Positions 49,753-61,183 of a stretch of 64,000 nt of DNA are shown one piece after another; position 1 is the stretch's first letter, and each line of letters starts with the position of its first letter. The notes beneath the pieces are model-generated. The model was not told where the DNA came from. It worked only from the letters and a program-made list of their open reading frames with translations, and ran no database searches. The DNA is from an uncultured Acidobacteriota bacterium (GTDB taxonomy: Bacteria; Acidobacteriota; Blastocatellia; RBC074): NCBI GenBank assembly GCA_963699175.1, contig OY969418.1, positions 1,666,791 to 1,730,790 on the forward strand. The letters run 5' to 3'. Position numbers and translations under genes: made by a program.

Positions 49753-49894
49753 TGGAGTGCGGCGGCTTGACGCCGCTTTGGTATCACCTCAAGGTGCTCC
49801 ACCAGGCGGGCAAGGCTGGCCACGCCGTCTTGGCTTTCCGCTGGCGTCTGCAGCCAAAGCTGATACCAAAGCGGCGTCAAGCCGCCGCACTCCA
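49753..49894. repeat. perfect 34-bp inverted repeat with 74-nt spacer
   Basis: TGGAGTGCGGCGGCTTGACGCCGCTTTGGTATCA ... TGATACCAAAGCGGCGTCAAGCCGCCGCACTCCA, exact reverse complements. It lies between the TIR gene start and the mazF stop. Confidence 0.8.
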
Positions 49895-49934
49895 AAGACG
49901 TTGCGCGTCGAAATAAGCACAGGCTTCAGTAAAT

Positions 49935-50282
49935 TCACAGGCCGAGACAGTAGCGAACCGCGTCCTCGACCTGATTCAAAATTGCGCCGGAGATTTTTCC
50001 AGCAGGCGTCGGCGGAAAACGTGAAGCATCGAGCGAGCGGACTTGGAAACACAGAAAGACAGTTTCCAGCGGCAGCCCGCTGTCGGCAGCAACAACGCGA
50101 ACATTGGTCGGGTAGTTCTGCGGTACGTTCTGGCCTTTTGTCCCTACGACGACTGTAACGACCAGCGGCAGCCGATTGATGGCATCAATCGAAAGCACCA
50201 ACACCGGGCGCTGGCCTGCTTGTTCGCGCCCTTGTGCCGGGTTCAAGTTGACGAAGTAAATCTCGCCGCGCTGAATGGCCAT
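49935..50282 (-). CDS. mazF: MazF/PemK-family type II toxin (mRNA interferase)
   Basis: MAIQRGEIYFVNLNPAQGREQAGQRPVLVLSIDAINR is the PemK/MazF signature. 115 aa. Confidence 0.75.
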   Translation of the reverse strand: MAIQRGEIYFVNLNPAQGREQAGQRPVLVLSIDAINRLPLVVTVVVGTKGQNVPQNYPTNVRVVAADSGLPLETVFLCFQVRSLDASRFPPTPAGKISGAILNQVEDAVRYCLGL

Positions 50283-50285
50283 CAG

Positions 50286-50525
50286 CTATCCTCTTTCTTC
50301 GGTGAGCAGCCCGTCCGTTTCCGTCCCGGCAAATTCAGCTTCGATTTCCCGCAATTCGCGTTGAATATCCGGGTCGGCGGCCATCGCGGCCAACTGCTCT
50401 TCAATGCGCTGTGGCTGGTCGGCGCGTCCGAGTAGATCAGCAACGCGCTTGATGATTTGCAATTGTTCGTTAGGCGAAAGCTGTTGCACCTGGCTCATAA
50501 TCAAATCGAGTTGATTGGCAACCAC
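50286..50525 (-). CDS. type II antitoxin (TIGR02574-like addiction-module component)
   Basis: 79 aa. LSPNEQLQIIKRVADLL motif. GTG start with RBS AAGGAGG. The gene lies 3 nt upstream of mazF. Confidence 0.55.
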   Translation of the reverse strand: MVANQLDLIMSQVQQLSPNEQLQIIKRVADLLGRADQPQRIEEQLAAMAADPDIQRELREIEAEFAGTETDGLLTEERG

Positions 50526-50580
50526 CGTTTTACCTCCTTGTTGGCAGCATCCGGATTATACGCAACCGTAGCGCAATTCA

Positions 50581-50690
50581 GCCAGCCGCGCCGGGCAGTT
50601 CCAAGGCAACCGCTCGGCCAACTCGCGCACCGCCGGTTTGGCTTGGCTGCTGTGGCTGATGAAAACATCGTATTTGAATTGTTCGGCCAT
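50581..50690 (-). pseudogene. duplicated 5' fragment of the TIR gene
   Basis: 50606-50693 matches 49581-49668 (88 bp, 2 mismatches). It encodes MAEQFKYDVFISHSSQAKPAVRELAERL and then diverges to a stop. Confidence 0.75.
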
Positions 50691-50768
50691 AGGTTTCCCC
50701 CTCGACGCTAGCAATCAATCCCTCAGCCTGCGGCAGCAGGCGACAGCATAAAGCCTGGGGTGGAGCGC

Positions 50769-50802
50769 GGCAGCGCGGAACCCCAGGATAGCGGATGATG
50801 AA
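50769..50802. repeat. REP-like palindrome 1
   Basis: CCTGGGGTGGAGCGCGGCAGCGCGGAACCCCAGG. Confidence 0.7.
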
Positions 50803-50908
50803 TTACGCAAGCCCGTGAAACGGGCGGCAGCTAAGCGTTGCTAAGCGCGCCGTATTGTACACGCTGTCGCTCGCTCCGCGAGCTTGTGTGTTCGTGTGCG
50901 TGCGTTTC

Positions 50909-50948
50909 CTGGGGTTTCGCTCCGCTGACGCTGTGCTCCACCCCAGGC
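50909..50948. repeat. REP-like palindrome 2
   Basis: CCTGGGGTTTCGCTCCGCTGACGCTGTGCTCCACCCCAGG. Confidence 0.7.
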
Positions 50949-50995
50949 TTTAGGCTGGCACCCGCTTCGCGGGTTGAGAGCGCGGCACTTAGGCG

Positions 50996-51417
50996 TCAAA
51001 TGTGCCGCTCGTCATATTCGATGCCATTGGCTTTCAAAAATCCGATGAATTCGTCACGAAACGATTGTTTGCGATGATGCGCTTGTTGGCGCGCAATGTA
51101 TTCCTGCACAGCTTGTACATTGGATTGGCTAACGGTGAATGCGCCATAACCACGTTGCCACGCGAAATCTTGCGCGTCGGGAAAGATGTCGTGCATCCAG
51201 CCGCTCGCATTCGCCTTGAGATCGCGCAGCACATCCGACACTGACTTATCCGGTCGCAGCTTTGCCAGCAGATGAACGTGATCTTCCGTGCCGTTGATGC
51301 CGAGCGACATTCCGCCCAGTCCGCGTAGAGTCTGGCTTGATAAGCCTCGGTGATAATCGGTTGGCGCTCTTTGGTCGAGAAGATGATGTGATAGAGCAGA
51401 TTGGCGTAAGACGATGA
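50996..51417 (-). pseudogene. tnpA: IS200/IS605-family TnpA (REP-associated tyrosine transposase-like), frameshifted
   Basis: N-terminal part MSSSYANLLYHIIFSTKERQPIITEAYQARLYA with RBS AGGAGGAAG. The frame shifts near 51310. The C-terminal part GGMSLGINGTEDHVHLLAKLRP...FAWQRGYGAFTVSQ... is in another frame. HxH and GY motifs are present. Confidence 0.7.
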
Positions 51418-51478
51418 CATGGCTTCCTCCTGGTGGCTGTCGCCTGTGAGCGCGGGCTGGTGTTGTTTGTTACGTAGG

Positions 51479-51510
51479 CCGGGGTGAAACGCGGCAGCGC
51501 GGGACCCCAG
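51479..51510. repeat. REP-like palindrome 3
   Basis: CCGGGGTGAAACGCGGCAGCGCGGGACCCCAGG. Confidence 0.7.
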
Positions 51511-51617
51511 GAAACGCACGCCCGCAAACACGCAAGCTCGCGGGGCGAGCGACAGCTTGATAGAAAACAACTGGCTGTCGCCCGTTTCACGGGCTTACAC
51601 AATTTACCATCCGCCAA

Positions 51618-51652
51618 CCCTGGGGTTGCGCGCTATCGCGCTTCACCCCAGG
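51618..51652. repeat. REP-like palindrome 4
   Basis: CCCTGGGGTTGCGCGCTATCGCGCTTCACCCCAGG. Confidence 0.7.
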
Positions 51653-51688
51653 CTTTACGATTTCGCCTGCTGTCGCAGGCTGGATCAG

Positions 51689-54511
<2,823 letters not shown>

Positions 54512-54583
54512 TTTTCAGGGTGGGTGGATTGCTTACGACGCGCGGGATTGTAGGTTTGGCTGCGAGACAAGTCAATTAGCACA

Positions 54584-54710
54584 GTTCCCTGGGAGCGCAG
54601 GCATCCTTGCCTGCTAGCCTGGCATTCATAAAACTAAGCCCGGAGGATACGCCTTAAATCAATGTCGTCTTAAGCCACGCCAGCAGGCAAGGATGCCTGC
54701 GCTCCCAGGA
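54584..54710. repeat. palindromic intergenic element, family B copy 2 (divergent promoter region)
   Basis: TTCCCTGGGAGCGCAGGCATCCTTGCCTGCTAGC ... GCCAGCAGGCAAGGATGCCTGCGCTCCCAGGAA. Confidence 0.75.
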
Positions 54711-54755
54711 AAACTGCTATTGATCTTCGACGGGATGCTTTAGGATGACGCCGCT

Positions 54756-55697
54756 ATGTTGCAAACCCCTGTCGCCCTCATCATCTTCAATCGCCCACAA
54801 ACTACGCAGCGCGTGTTCGCCGAGATTGCGCGCGCCAAGCCGCGCCACTTGTTGATTGTCGCTGATGGCCCACGCACTTCGGAAGAAGCAGAGCGGTGCG
54901 CAGCCGCACGCGCAATCATCAACCAGGTTGATTGGGATTGCGAGTTGTTGACCGATCTGGCCGACAACAACCTCGGCTGCAAGCAACGCATGTTTTCAGG
55001 ATTGAACCTCGCTTTCACGCACTACGAAGATGTCATCATTCTGGAAGACGACTGTTTGCCGCAGCCAAGCTTTTTCCGCTTTTGCGCAGAGCTGTTGGAA
55101 CGTTACCGCCACGAGCCGCGCGTGATGGCCATCAGCGGCAACAATTTTCTCCCGCCCAGGCTACAACGGCGCATGCGCGACAGTTACTATTTTTCGCAGA
55201 TCCCGCACATCTGGGGTTGGGCCTCGTGGCGGCGCGTGTGGGAGCTTTACGATTGGGAGATCAAACGCTGGCCAGCGTTGCGTGCAACTGATTGGCTGGC
55301 GCGGCGTTCGCGCAATCCACACTTCAAAACCTACTGGGAGCACGTCTTTGACGAAAGCTTTCGCCGCGAAACCAACGCCTGGGATTTTCAACTGACCTTC
55401 ACTTGCCTGCTGCACGAGGGCTTGTCGGCTATGCCCCGCGTCAATCTGGTCTCGAACATCGGCTTTGGTGATGACGCGACACACACTAAGGACACGCAGA
55501 GCCTTTTTGCCAACTGGCCGGTGGGCGAGTTGCAATTCCCGCTCAACCATCCAACAAAGTTGGAACACAACGTCGCCGCCGATGAATTTACCTTTCGCCA
55601 GAATTTTCTGGGCCAGTCGGAGCCACCGCCTCTTTGGCAACGTGCTTTGAACAAAGCGCGCCGTCTACTTCAAACCTCTTCAGCCAAAATCTCCTGA
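54756..55697 (+). CDS. GT-A fold glycosyltransferase-like protein
   Basis: N-terminal VALIIFNRP...LLIVADGP and DxD-type motif VIILEDDCLP. 313 aa. The 3' end overlaps the convergent GT4 gene by 28 bp. Confidence 0.45.
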   Translation: MLQTPVALIIFNRPQTTQRVFAEIARAKPRHLLIVADGPRTSEEAERCAAARAIINQVDWDCELLTDLADNNLGCKQRMFSGLNLAFTHYEDVIILEDDCLPQPSFFRFCAELLERYRHEPRVMAISGNNFLPPRLQRRMRDSYYFSQIPHIWGWASWRRVWELYDWEIKRWPALRATDWLARRSRNPHFKTYWEHVFDESFRRETNAWDFQLTFTCLLHEGLSAMPRVNLVSNIGFGDDATHTKDTQSLFANWPVGELQFPLNHPTKLEHNVAADEFTFRQNFLGQSEPPPLWQRALNKARRLLQTSSAKIS

Positions 55698-56998
55698 TAC
55701 CAGGCGAGATAGGCATCCACTTGCCGGTCTAAGCTGAAATGCTCGCGTGCATGAGCTGCCGCCGCATGTCCTAGCCGCACACGCAAAGCTTCATCGTTGA
55801 AGAGCAACTCCAACCGCTGCGCCATTGCTGCGCCGTCGCCTACTGGCACGAGGAAGCCTGTCTCAGCTTCTACTATCTGTTCGGGAATGCCGCCGACCGC
55901 TGTGGCGACGACCGGCGTGCCGCAAGCCAAAGCTTCGAGCACTGTGTTGGGGAACGTATCGGCGCGCGCCGCGTGCACGTAAACATCGGCGGCTTGATAA
56001 AAGCGCGCCACGCGTGCCGGGTCGCGTTCGAAATCGAGAAAGCGCAGCGTGACCGCGCCCAACCGCTCTTCCTGCGCAACCTCACCCAAACAAATCAGCA
56101 AGACCTCGCGCTGCAACGAACGCGCCGCCAACTGCCGCACAGCGGCTTCCAGCGTCGCGTAATCTTTGAATGGATTGCGGCGCGTGCTGCTGCCGGCAAA
56201 GAGCGCGATGTCGGCAGCAAGTGGCAAGCCTAATTCCTGCCGCGCAGCGGTTTTGTCAAAGGGCTTGAACTGCGCGAGCGGCACGCCGTTCGGGATATGG
56301 CGCGCTTCAATGATTGCCGGTTGCAAGATAGATGCGCGCGCTTCATCCAACAGCCAGCGACTCGGCGCAGCCACATAAAATCGGCAGCGTTGATAGAGCG
56401 CGCGTTTGCGCCGCCAGTTCTGCGCCGTCGTGTCGCGTCGCAGCGGCGGATGGACTTCCAGATCAGGGCAATGCTCGCAACCGTGCAGCCAGCGCTCGCT
56501 GCCAAATGAGTGTGCGCAATGGCCGGTGAAGAGCCATTCGTCGTGCAGCGTGATGATAATGGGAAGTTGCCGACTGAGTTTGGGCAAGACGCGCAAGTCA
56601 AAATACTCGCCGTGCAGATTGTGCGTGTGCAGCAACTGTGGCGGCTGCGGTGTCAGTTCAAGCAAGCGCCGCGAAGCCGGGAAATCGAAATTCTCCAAGC
56701 CGCGCTGCCGCTCCCACCACGCGTGCGGTTCGACCACATCGGCCAGCCAGCCCGCCAACACAGGCGCGAAGCGTATGCGCTGCTGACAAAGCGCCAGTTG
56801 CTGTCGCCGCCAAAAACGTGTCCAAGCCGGACGTTGCGCCGTGTGATTCAACTCGAACACGTTCACGTCGTCGCGCGTCTTTTGCCCGACTGCTAGAAAG
56901 GATTCGTGGCCGCGCTGTGCGTAGGCTTTGAAAAGATCGTAGGCGACCTTTTCCGCGCCACCATATTGATCGGCGGTGCTGAGTTGCAAGATACGCAT
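55670..56998 (-). CDS. glycosyltransferase family 4 (GT-B)
   Basis: MRILQLSTADQYGGAEKVAYDL N-terminus. C-terminal motif FPNTVLEALACGTPVVATAVGGIPE. Confidence 0.8.
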   Translation of the reverse strand: MRILQLSTADQYGGAEKVAYDLFKAYAQRGHESFLAVGQKTRDDVNVFELNHTAQRPAWTRFWRRQQLALCQQRIRFAPVLAGWLADVVEPHAWWERQRGLENFDFPASRRLLELTPQPPQLLHTHNLHGEYFDLRVLPKLSRQLPIIITLHDEWLFTGHCAHSFGSERWLHGCEHCPDLEVHPPLRRDTTAQNWRRKRALYQRCRFYVAAPSRWLLDEARASILQPAIIEARHIPNGVPLAQFKPFDKTAARQELGLPLAADIALFAGSSTRRNPFKDYATLEAAVRQLAARSLQREVLLICLGEVAQEERLGAVTLRFLDFERDPARVARFYQAADVYVHAARADTFPNTVLEALACGTPVVATAVGGIPEQIVEAETGFLVPVGDGAAMAQRLELLFNDEALRVRLGHAAAAHAREHFSLDRQVDAYLAWYQEILAEEV

Positions 56999-57009
56999 CG
57001 GCGCTCACT

Positions 57010-58152
57010 TCAGACCGTCCAAATTTGACTGAGCACGCGTTTGAAATTGCCGCCCAGAATACCTTCGATTTCCTGGTCGCTGTACTTGCGACGCAGCAAG
57101 CCTTCCGCCAGATCGTACATCCGCTTCGGATGATCCAAGCCTTCGACATCAATCTTCTCGCGGAAGCCATAGCTGCCTTTGTAACTCGCGCGCAACCGCC
57201 GATTCTCTTCCGGCGGCATCTTGTCGTAGCCGTCCAGATCAATGTCGCTGCCGACGCCGAGATGCTCGCTGCCGATCAATTTGCGCACGTGGTCGAAATG
57301 GTTGAGCACGTCTTCAATCGTAGTCGGCTCTTCATTCTTGACGAACATGCGCACAGCAGTGATACCCATCACGCTGCCTGCCGCGCCGACCTTCTTGATC
57401 GCCTCGTCGGTCTTGCAGCGCGGATGACCAGGCGCGAGCGCGCGACAGTTGGAGTGCGTAATCAACACAGGCTGCTTCGACAGTTCGAAAGCATCGAGCG
57501 TGGTGCGGTCGCCACAATGCGAAACGTCTATAGCCATGCCGACCTTGTTCATCTGTTGAATGATCGCCGCGCCGAAATCGCTGATGCCCTCGTCACGCCG
57601 TTCGGTCGAGCCGTTGCCGATCAGGTTGCGCGTGTTGTAAGTCAGTTGCGAGACGCGCTGGCCCAAACTGTGAAAGAAGTCCACGTCAGCAGGCGTGCGA
57701 AAGTGTTCAGAGTTTTGCACGCCGATGAGCACGCCAACTTTGCCAGAAGACTTTACGCGTTGCAGATCATCGGCGCTGTCCACACGCATCAACCACTGAT
57801 CGTGATTGGCGATGAAGCCATCCCAGGTTGCGACAAAGCGCAGCGTCGAGTTGTACGCCTCTGGCCCGCCCATCCCGACGGCGATGTGAAAGACGTTGAT
57901 GCCCGAATCCTTGAAGCGTTGCCAATCGCTTTGTTTGAAAGTGTCCGGCTTGCTCAACCACGGTGAGGAACCTAGCTTGAACACACCAAGCATATCAATC
58001 ACGGTTGAGCGCGCGACTAATTCGATAGCGCGCGCCGAGTATTCGACGGATGAATTGGCAAAGATGCGATAACGATTGCGGTTGATGAAAGGCGCGCAAA
58101 ACAAAGCCACGCCAGCTTGGGAAAAAGATTTGAGTAATTGGCGACGATGCAT
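57010..58152 (-). CDS. membrane dipeptidase (peptidase M19 family), Tat/Sec-exported
   Basis: MHRRQLLKSFSQAGVALFCAP signal. Renal-dipeptidase motif EHLGVGSDIDLDGY. Confidence 0.75.
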   Translation of the reverse strand: MHRRQLLKSFSQAGVALFCAPFINRNRYRIFANSSVEYSARAIELVARSTVIDMLGVFKLGSSPWLSKPDTFKQSDWQRFKDSGINVFHIAVGMGGPEAYNSTLRFVATWDGFIANHDQWLMRVDSADDLQRVKSSGKVGVLIGVQNSEHFRTPADVDFFHSLGQRVSQLTYNTRNLIGNGSTERRDEGISDFGAAIIQQMNKVGMAIDVSHCGDRTTLDAFELSKQPVLITHSNCRALAPGHPRCKTDEAIKKVGAAGSVMGITAVRMFVKNEEPTTIEDVLNHFDHVRKLIGSEHLGVGSDIDLDGYDKMPPEENRRLRASYKGSYGFREKIDVEGLDHPKRMYDLAEGLLRRKYSDQEIEGILGGNFKRVLSQIWTV

Positions 58153-58166
58153 GCGATCTCCTGAAA

Positions 58167-58253
58167 ATGTCCGACAAGCTGCCGAGCTTGTCGCAGGCTT
58201 CCGGTGTGGCGCAACCCAAAGTCACCGACAAGCTCTGCCAGCTTGTCGGACAT
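58167..58253. repeat. palindromic 5'UTR element, family C copy 2 (upstream of the dipeptidase gene)
   Basis: ATGTCCGACAAGCTGCCGAGCTTGTCG ... CGACAAGCTCTGCCAGCTTGTCGGACAT. It begins 15 nt upstream of the start codon. The flanking RBS context TCTCCT..AAA.TGTCCGACA is shared with copy 1 at 28097-28184. Confidence 0.7.
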
Positions 58254-58269
58254 CAGAACGGCACGCTCT

Positions 58270-59928
58270 TTATTGTTCCGTTGACCTACGCCCTGGCCCA
58301 TAAAGCACCTGTCCGGGCCGCGCGCCCGTGTGCCGCCCGTGATCAATCACGACCTGCCCGTTGACCAACACATAATCAATGCCCTCGGGCGCGAGCAACG
58401 GCTGTTCGTAGGTCGCGCGATCCTGAACTTTATCGAAGTCGAAGATCACCACGTCGGCCCACTGGCCTTCTTTGATCGTGCCGCGATTGGCCAAGCGCAT
58501 CCGCGTCGCAGGCCACGAAGTCATTTTACGAATCGCTTCTTCCAGAGTGAGCACTTTACGCTCGCGCACGTAGCGCGCGATGAAGCGCACAAAGTTGCCG
58601 TAAGCGCGTGGATGCGGCAAGCCGGTCGCGTCTTGTGAGCTGGTATTGAGCGCCGCGCCCGCATCGCTGCCAATGCTCGTCCAGGGAAAGCGCAAGGCGG
58701 TTTCGATGTCCGGCTCGCTCATCATGTGATAGATCGCGGTGACGCGGCCTTCACCCTGCGCGACCAAATCGAAAGCGGCGTCGGCAGGCTCTTTGTTCAA
58801 CTCTTTGGCGATCTGCGTCAGGCTCTTGCCGTTGAAGCGCGCGTTCTCGGCGTTACGCGCGTTGGCCAGCACTACGCCATCCCAACCGCCCGCCGCTTCG
58901 ATGATATTCCACCAGCCGGGCGAGCCGGTCTTGATCTCCCCTTTCAAACGCGCGCGCGTCGTCGGGTCGGCCAGGCGTTTGAGCAACGCCTCGCGCCCGC
59001 CTTCGTGCGCCCACGACGGGATGGTCGCTTCCAACCCTGTGCCGCCAGCGGTGTAGACGTACAAATCCGCCGCCACATCCACGCCGCGCGCCCGCGCCTG
59101 TTCGATCACTTTGCCGGCCTCGCGCATCAGCGTGCCCCAGCCCGGTTGGTACGCTGCCTTGAGGTGAAAGACTTCGACGGGCAGGCCGCCGCGCTCGCCG
59201 ATTTCAATCGCCTCTTTGATCGAATCCACCAACTCCTTGCCTTCGCCGCGAATGTGGCTGGCATAGATGCCGCCGTAACGCGCCGCGACCTTCGCCACTT
59301 CGATCAGTTCTTTGGTGTTGGCGTAACTGCTTGGTGGATAGATCAGCGCCGTGGTCATGCCCAGCGCGCCCGCGCGCATCGCCGTCTCCATCAGCGCCTG
59401 CATCTTCTCCAATTCTTCGGCCTTCGGTTCGCGCCATTCCATGCCGAGTACGACGCGGCGCGCTTGAGCCTCGCTGAAGTAGGTGCCGAAGTTGATGCTG
59501 ATGCCCTTCTTTTCGAGGTCGGTAAAATACTCAGTGATTTTTTCAGCAGGCACGGGCGTGCCGCCTTCGCCGCCGATGGCCGTCGTCACGCCCATGCGCA
59601 GCTTGTTTTCGGCCAGCCCGTTGACCGGCAGCACACTGCCCGACTGATCCATCATGTCAACCCAGCCGGGCGAAACGTAGCGGCCCTTCGCGTCCAGTTC
59701 CTGCTTACCTCTGCCTTCAATCTTGCCGATCTTGACGAAGCGGCCTTGATTGATCGCCACGTCGGCGTTGATCCACGGATTGCCTGCGCCATCGAGCACG
59801 CGACCATTGCGGATGACGATGTCGTATTGTGGCTGAGCTTGAGCTTGCGCAGCGCGGGGCAACCGCCACGCACCGAACGAAAGCAAAGCAGCGATGATGA
59901 AAACCACTGGGCGATTGAAGTAGCGCAT
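58270..59928 (-). CDS. N-acyl-D-amino-acid deacylase (D-aminoacylase) family amidohydrolase
   Basis: Signal peptide, then YDIVIRNGRVLDGAGNPWINADVAINQGRFVKIG, the typical D-aminoacylase N-terminus. 552 aa. Confidence 0.75.
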   Translation of the reverse strand: MRYFNRPVVFIIAALLSFGAWRLPRAAQAQAQPQYDIVIRNGRVLDGAGNPWINADVAINQGRFVKIGKIEGRGKQELDAKGRYVSPGWVDMMDQSGSVLPVNGLAENKLRMGVTTAIGGEGGTPVPAEKITEYFTDLEKKGISINFGTYFSEAQARRVVLGMEWREPKAEELEKMQALMETAMRAGALGMTTALIYPPSSYANTKELIEVAKVAARYGGIYASHIRGEGKELVDSIKEAIEIGERGGLPVEVFHLKAAYQPGWGTLMREAGKVIEQARARGVDVAADLYVYTAGGTGLEATIPSWAHEGGREALLKRLADPTTRARLKGEIKTGSPGWWNIIEAAGGWDGVVLANARNAENARFNGKSLTQIAKELNKEPADAAFDLVAQGEGRVTAIYHMMSEPDIETALRFPWTSIGSDAGAALNTSSQDATGLPHPRAYGNFVRFIARYVRERKVLTLEEAIRKMTSWPATRMRLANRGTIKEGQWADVVIFDFDKVQDRATYEQPLLAPEGIDYVLVNGQVVIDHGRHTGARPGQVLYGPGRRSTEQ

Positions 59929-59945
59929 AAGCTTTCTCCTGCTGT

Positions 59946-61061
59946 TTAACGTTTCCGCCCCAGCCCGAACTGATCGCCAGCACGCACCGGCTTGCCGTCA
60001 GCGAAATCAATCTGCACGATCTTTTCGCTATGCACTTGGCGGCCAGTTTCATCCGAAAGCGTGGTGATGATTCGTTTGGTCTTCACGCCAATGATCTCGC
60101 CAGTCGAGGGCCAGGCGTGTTTGCCATCCAGACTGAAGGTGATCCAGCCGGGCTGTTCGCGTAGCTTGAGGCTCTTGATCTGTTTGGGCGGGGTCGCGGT
60201 GTTGTCAAAGACGTGCAGCATTTCGTTGTGCCCGTCGCACAACCAAATCTCCTTCTCATCCGGCGTCAACCCGATGCCGTGCGCCGGACAGCCGTGGCGT
60301 TTGACCGGGCCTTTCTCGACGCCTTGCACTTCGACTCGTTGCAGCATCTTGCCCGTGCGCAAATCTCCAATCTCAAAGCCGAGCAATTCGTTGATGTTGA
60401 TGTAACAGAGCGTCTGCGCGCCGTTGATCGTAAACGGGCGAATCACGTTGCTGAACGGGCCAATCTCTTTCGCCACCTCGTGCGTCTTCGTATCGGTCAC
60501 GCGCAGCAGCGGCGATTTCAAGCCCGCCAGATAAGCGTGTTGGCCGTCGAGCGAATAGATGGTGTTGTGCGCGCCCGAATTGAGCACGAGCTTTTTCAAC
60601 ACGTCGCCCGTCAGCGCATTGACCACCAACCAATGCGGCCCTTCAAGCGATGGCACATACATCGTTCGGCCATCGGGCGAGAGCGCCATCCGGTCGCTGC
60701 CGCCTTCAAACTCTTTGTCCCAGACTTTCTTTTCGCTGAGCAAATCAATAGCGGCGATACGTTTGGTCGTGCCCACATAAATCCTCGCCGTCTGGGCATT
60801 GGCCACAACGCCTTTGACGTTTTCGGCGGGCTGGCCAGCGGGCACCTCCCAAGTCGGGATGCGTTTGACGAACTTATAGCCTGCGTCAATGTCGAAGACC
60901 ACAATGCCGACGCCGCCGAACTCGACGTAGTTACGGATGCCGGGTTCAGCGACATAGAGATAGTGTTTGGTGGTAACAGCAGTTGAGCGGTTGACGCTGG
61001 CCAAAGCGGTGAACAAGCCGACCAGCAGCAACACGAGTGCGAAGAGTTTGCGTAGATTCAT
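59946..61061 (-). CDS. secreted 7-bladed beta-propeller protein (YncE/lactonase-like)
   Basis: Start MNLRKLFALVLLLVGLF (signal); the track ORF starts at 61106. Repeated strand pattern consistent with a beta-propeller. Family assignment is tentative. Confidence 0.45.
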   Translation of the reverse strand: MNLRKLFALVLLLVGLFTALASVNRSTAVTTKHYLYVAEPGIRNYVEFGGVGIVVFDIDAGYKFVKRIPTWEVPAGQPAENVKGVVANAQTARIYVGTTKRIAAIDLLSEKKVWDKEFEGGSDRMALSPDGRTMYVPSLEGPHWLVVNALTGDVLKKLVLNSGAHNTIYSLDGQHAYLAGLKSPLLRVTDTKTHEVAKEIGPFSNVIRPFTINGAQTLCYININELLGFEIGDLRTGKMLQRVEVQGVEKGPVKRHGCPAHGIGLTPDEKEIWLCDGHNEMLHVFDNTATPPKQIKSLKLREQPGWITFSLDGKHAWPSTGEIIGVKTKRIITTLSDETGRQVHSEKIVQIDFADGKPVRAGDQFGLGRKR

Positions 61062-61183
61062 TGGGAGCCTCCAGGAAGGTTGGTACAGTACCGCGCGCGT
61101 GAGCAAGCGGAGCCATTACTTTGCAATCATTGACCAGTAACGTCAAGCCTACGCTTGCTCACGCGCGCGGTACTGTCGCGGAG

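Larger units (their letters stand above)
50765..51660. mobile_element. decayed IS200/IS605-family (RAYT-like) element flanked by inverted REP-containing ends
   Basis: Left end 50861-50960 and right end 51470-51565 are imperfect reverse complements (GCTGTCGCTCGCTCCGCGAGCTTGTGTG...TTTCCTGGGGT). Four REP-like palindromes CC(T/G)GGGGT-N16-24-ACCCCAGG are present. Confidence 0.7.

Noticed and set aside
49674-50052. Minus-strand ORFs 49674..49895 and 49789..50052 in the track
   Set aside because: They lie across the perfect 34-bp inverted repeat and its spacer. The composition is not protein-like, and the region is better explained as a structured non-coding element.
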